Source of the DNA: a virus
Virus record (IMG/VR): IMGVR_UViG_3300037466_003379
Span: 32,001 to 96,000 of that record
Strand: one strand, 5' to 3'
DNA length: 64,000 nt
Below the pieces are notes generated by a model that was not told the DNA's origin, made no database searches, and worked only from the letters and a program-made list of their open reading frames with translations. The translations under genes and the position numbers were made by a program. Numbering within the stretch: position 1 is the first letter of the stretch; each line of letters begins with the position of its first letter. Positions 61,657-64,000 of the stretch are shown here, piece after piece.

Positions 61657-62441
61657 CGGACGGTCGCCGTCACGAGCAGGGTCGCCGTCTGGGTGCCGGA
61701 CTCCTTGAAGGCGTCGACGGGCAGCTCCCGCCAGCTGCCGGTGGCCTCGATGCGCTCGCGCAGCGCGGTGATGGCCTTCGTGGACCGGTAGGCCAGCGAG
61801 GCGGGCACGATCGCGACCAGGCGGCCGCCGGGGCGGACCGCGGTCCAGGCCAGCTCGAGGTGCGCCACCCACAGCGTCTTGTCGGCGTCGCTGGCGAACG
61901 GCGGGTTCAGGATCGCGGCGTCGTAGAGGCCCTCCTCGATCGTCGTGGCGTACTCCTCGAAGCTGCATTGGTAGGTCTCGGTGGCCAGCTCCTGGGCGGC
62001 GAGCTGCTGGTAGCGGTGCTCGTCGGGCTCGACGGCGTCGATCCACGCGTCGGGGAGGACCTGCCGCGCGGCGCGGACGAGGGAGCCGTCGCCGGCGGAC
62101 GGTTCGAGGATCATCGCGCGGTCGTCGAGGCCGTCCAGGTGCTCGGCTGCCTCGTCGGCGATGACGTCCGGGGTGCGGAACCACCCGGCAGCCTGCTTCG
62201 GGTCCACAGGCATCGCTGCGGAGCCGACGAGCGCGGCGAGCTCGGGGCGCGGGTCGCGCGGGAACAGGTGCAGGCCCTGGCGACGGTTCCACTGGCCTCC
62301 CCCGGCGATCCGGGTCAGCGCCTTGTTCACCTCCCGGTAGGTGGAGGGCTGCAGCTGCATCGTGAGGCGGACGGAGGTCTCGTCGGCGACGGCCATCGAC
62401 AGGGCGGTGCGGGCGTCGTCGGACAGGGTCGTGCGGGGCAT
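61653..62441 (-). CDS. DNA N6-adenine methyltransferase-like protein
   Basis: WFRTP, ILEPSAGDG (motif I), LNPPF (motif IV), FKESGT. Confidence 0.85.
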   Translation of the reverse strand: MPRTTLSDDARTALSMAVADETSVRLTMQLQPSTYREVNKALTRIAGGGQWNRRQGLHLFPRDPRPELAALVGSAAMPVDPKQAAGWFRTPDVIADEAAEHLDGLDDRAMILEPSAGDGSLVRAARQVLPDAWIDAVEPDEHRYQQLAAQELATETYQCSFEEYATTIEEGLYDAAILNPPFASDADKTLWVAHLELAWTAVRPGGRLVAIVPASLAYRSTKAITALRERIEATGSWRELPVDAFKESGTQTATLLVTATVR

Positions 62442-62521
62442 CGGGTGCTCCAGGGGGAGAGGCGGGGTTCAGGGGAAGGGCCTGGGCGCGCCGCGGGGTG
62501 TACGGCGCGCCCAGGGCGGGG

Positions 62522-63088
62522 TCAGCCCTTGACGGCGATCGAGGCGAACAGCTCGTTCGCCTTCGCCTTGACGGTGTCGACGACCTGGCGGCGGGCGTCG
62601 ATGATGACGGCGTTCAGGTCGCGCGACATGGCCTTGTCGACCTCCTCGCGCAGGAGTGCGCGGAAGCCGCCCTTGCGCTCGTCGCCGCTGTACCTCGACG
62701 GCTTCTCGCCCAGGTAGGCGGCGATGTCGGCGCGGATCATGTCGCGGAGCGTGGTCGGCTCGCCCTGGGGTTCGCCGTACCGGTTCGTGGGCCGGATCTC
62801 GCCGTCCAGGGCCTCCCGGACGAGGCGGGTCGCCTCGGCGGCGATCGCCTCGCGGGCGGCTTCCTTGGCGACCTCGACGGCGTTCCGGTACCGGTAGTCG
62901 TTCACGTCCCGCTTGATCTCGCGGACGAGCCGCTCGGTGATGGCCTCGACGACCATCGCGCCGAGCTCGATCGGCTCGCCGCCCTCGGGGGCGCCGGTCT
63001 CGGGGTCGTACGACTCGTTACGGACGCCGATCACGGTGTCCCAGTGGACGGTCAGGAGGGCGGGCGTGACGGGCTGCTGCTCGGGCAT
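62522..63088 (-). CDS. Helical hypothetical phage protein
   Basis: TNRYGEPQGEPTTLR; GGAGCACCCGATG start. Confidence 0.65.
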   Translation of the reverse strand: MPEQQPVTPALLTVHWDTVIGVRNESYDPETGAPEGGEPIELGAMVVEAITERLVREIKRDVNDYRYRNAVEVAKEAAREAIAAEATRLVREALDGEIRPTNRYGEPQGEPTTLRDMIRADIAAYLGEKPSRYSGDERKGGFRALLREEVDKAMSRDLNAVIIDARRQVVDTVKAKANELFASIAVKG

Positions 63089-63182
63089 CGGGTGCTCCAG
63101 GGGTTGGGGTGAAGGGGGTGCCGGTGGGCGCCCTCCGCTCCCGCCCAGAGCGCGCTGGGCGGGACGGGGGACGTCCACCGGG

Positions 63183-64000
63183 TCAGGCGATGTCGTCCAT
63201 CGGGTCGTCCTCGGCCTCCAGCTCCGGGTCGTGTTCGGCGTCCTCCTCGTCCTCCCACTCGTCCGGGTCCTCGTCGTCGGCGGTGAGGTCGTGGTGCTCC
63301 ACCCTCGCCACCACGACGCCGCCGATCACGATGGCGCCGACCTCGTCGGGCTTCTCGTCGGCAGGGGCGGGCTTGAACTCGTCGAGACCGGACAGGTCGA
63401 CGTCGGGGGCGTCGTCGTCCTCGTCGTCCGCGTCGTCCTCATCGGGGTCGCCGTCGTAGATCGGCTCGTCGGCCAGCTCCTCGGCGAGGTCGGCGCCGTG
63501 CGCCTCCCGGGCCTTGTCCTCGGCGTCCTGCCGGGCCTTGTCGACGGCGTCGATGGTGTCCTGCTCGATCTCGGCGAGCTGGTAGCCCCAGGCGGCGAGC
63601 TGGCGGAGCATGCGGGCGTCCACGTCGTTGGGGTTCCGCCAGACCTGGCGCTCCTCGGTCTTCTCCTCCCATGCGCACAGGACCAGCGCTGCGGTGTGCA
63701 CGGCGAGCTTCTTCGGCGTCCAGTGCTCGGCGCCGGCGCGGAGGGTGGCGAGCTGCTCGTCGATGGTGCCCAGGCAGGAGAACTTGTCCTGCGGGCGTTC
63801 GGTCTCCAGGCCCATCGCGTCCCGGTACTTCCGGAAGCCGTGGTACCCGGACAGCGCTTCCTCGAGGTAGGTGTTCGAGTGGAGCATCTCGAAGTACACG
63901 AAGCGTTCGACGTCGGGCAGGGACTTGCGCTGCATGAGTTCCTGGCGGATGAACGCGCGGCGCACGGTGGTCGCGGCCTTCCAGAGCTTGTTGTTGGCGA
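63183..64000 (-). CDS. C-terminal part of a ParB/Spo0J-like protein with acidic tail (5' end outside window)
   Basis: ANNKLWKAATTVRR...LVLCAWE...WRNP...LAAWGYQLAEIE pattern seen in actinobacterial mobile-element ParB-like proteins. Confidence 0.55.
   Translation of the reverse strand, partial: ANNKLWKAATTVRRAFIRQELMQRKSLPDVERFVYFEMLHSNTYLEEALSGYHGFRKYRDAMGLETERPQDKFSCLGTIDEQLATLRAGAEHWTPKKLAVHTAALVLCAWEEKTEERQVWRNPNDVDARMLRQLAAWGYQLAEIEQDTIDAVDKARQDAEDKAREAHGADLAEELADEPIYDGDPDEDDADDEDDDAPDVDLSGLDEFKPAPADEKPDEVGAIVIGGVVVARVEHHDLTADDEDPDEWEDEEDAEHDPELEAEDDPMDDIA

Larger units (their letters stand above)
1..64000. mobile_element. Temperate siphovirus-like phage-plasmid/prophage with a conjugation-like module (extends beyond both window ends)
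   Basis: Contiguous terminase-portal-capsid-tail-lysis operon, ParA plus centromere-like repeats, Cre-like recombinase, TraB-like gene. No host housekeeping genes recognised. Confidence 0.88.

Noticed and set aside
61653-62441. Restriction-modification system
   Set aside because: No adjacent restriction endonuclease; solitary phage methyltransferases are common.
1-64000. tRNA, rRNA, replication initiator or DNA polymerase genes
   Set aside because: None recognised by eye; replication functions probably lie outside the window.

Overview
High-GC (actinobacterial-type) mobile element that appears to be a temperate siphovirus-like phage-plasmid; both window ends cut through genes. From left to right it carries: (1) a minus-strand actinomycete-plasmid-style transfer/spread region (1-4.8 kb: TraB/FtsK-like N-terminus, membrane proteins, a DUF2637-like protein, dense CGTCCAG(C) repeat arrays); (2) a DUF6879/XRE-DUF5753 regulatory trio; (3) a type Ib-like partition locus (8-bp periodic centromere-like array, parA, small partner); (4) a stand-alone hyaluronan/chitin-synthase-like GT2 gene preceded by a candidate small RNA; (5) an apparently complete minus-strand late operon (terminase, portal, 2H-phosphoesterase-MuF fusion, protease/scaffold, capsid, connectors, tail tube, frameshifted chaperones, tape measure, tail tip proteins including a GH46 chitosanase fibre and three paralogous tip proteins, holin, endolysin); (6) a ParB/IbrA/IbrB/methyltransferase-fold cluster; (7) a second structural block with a VIT1-like protein and a papain-like peptidase; (8) a Cre-like tyrosine recombinase with a lox/dif-like site; (9) small early-type genes, an adenine methyltransferase and a partial ParB-like gene. 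The most unusual points are the coexistence of virion, partition and conjugation-like modules, and the glycan synthase plus virion chitosanase pair. All family assignments come from motif recognition by eye, not from database searches. Many start codons were re-called from RBS and overlap evidence.
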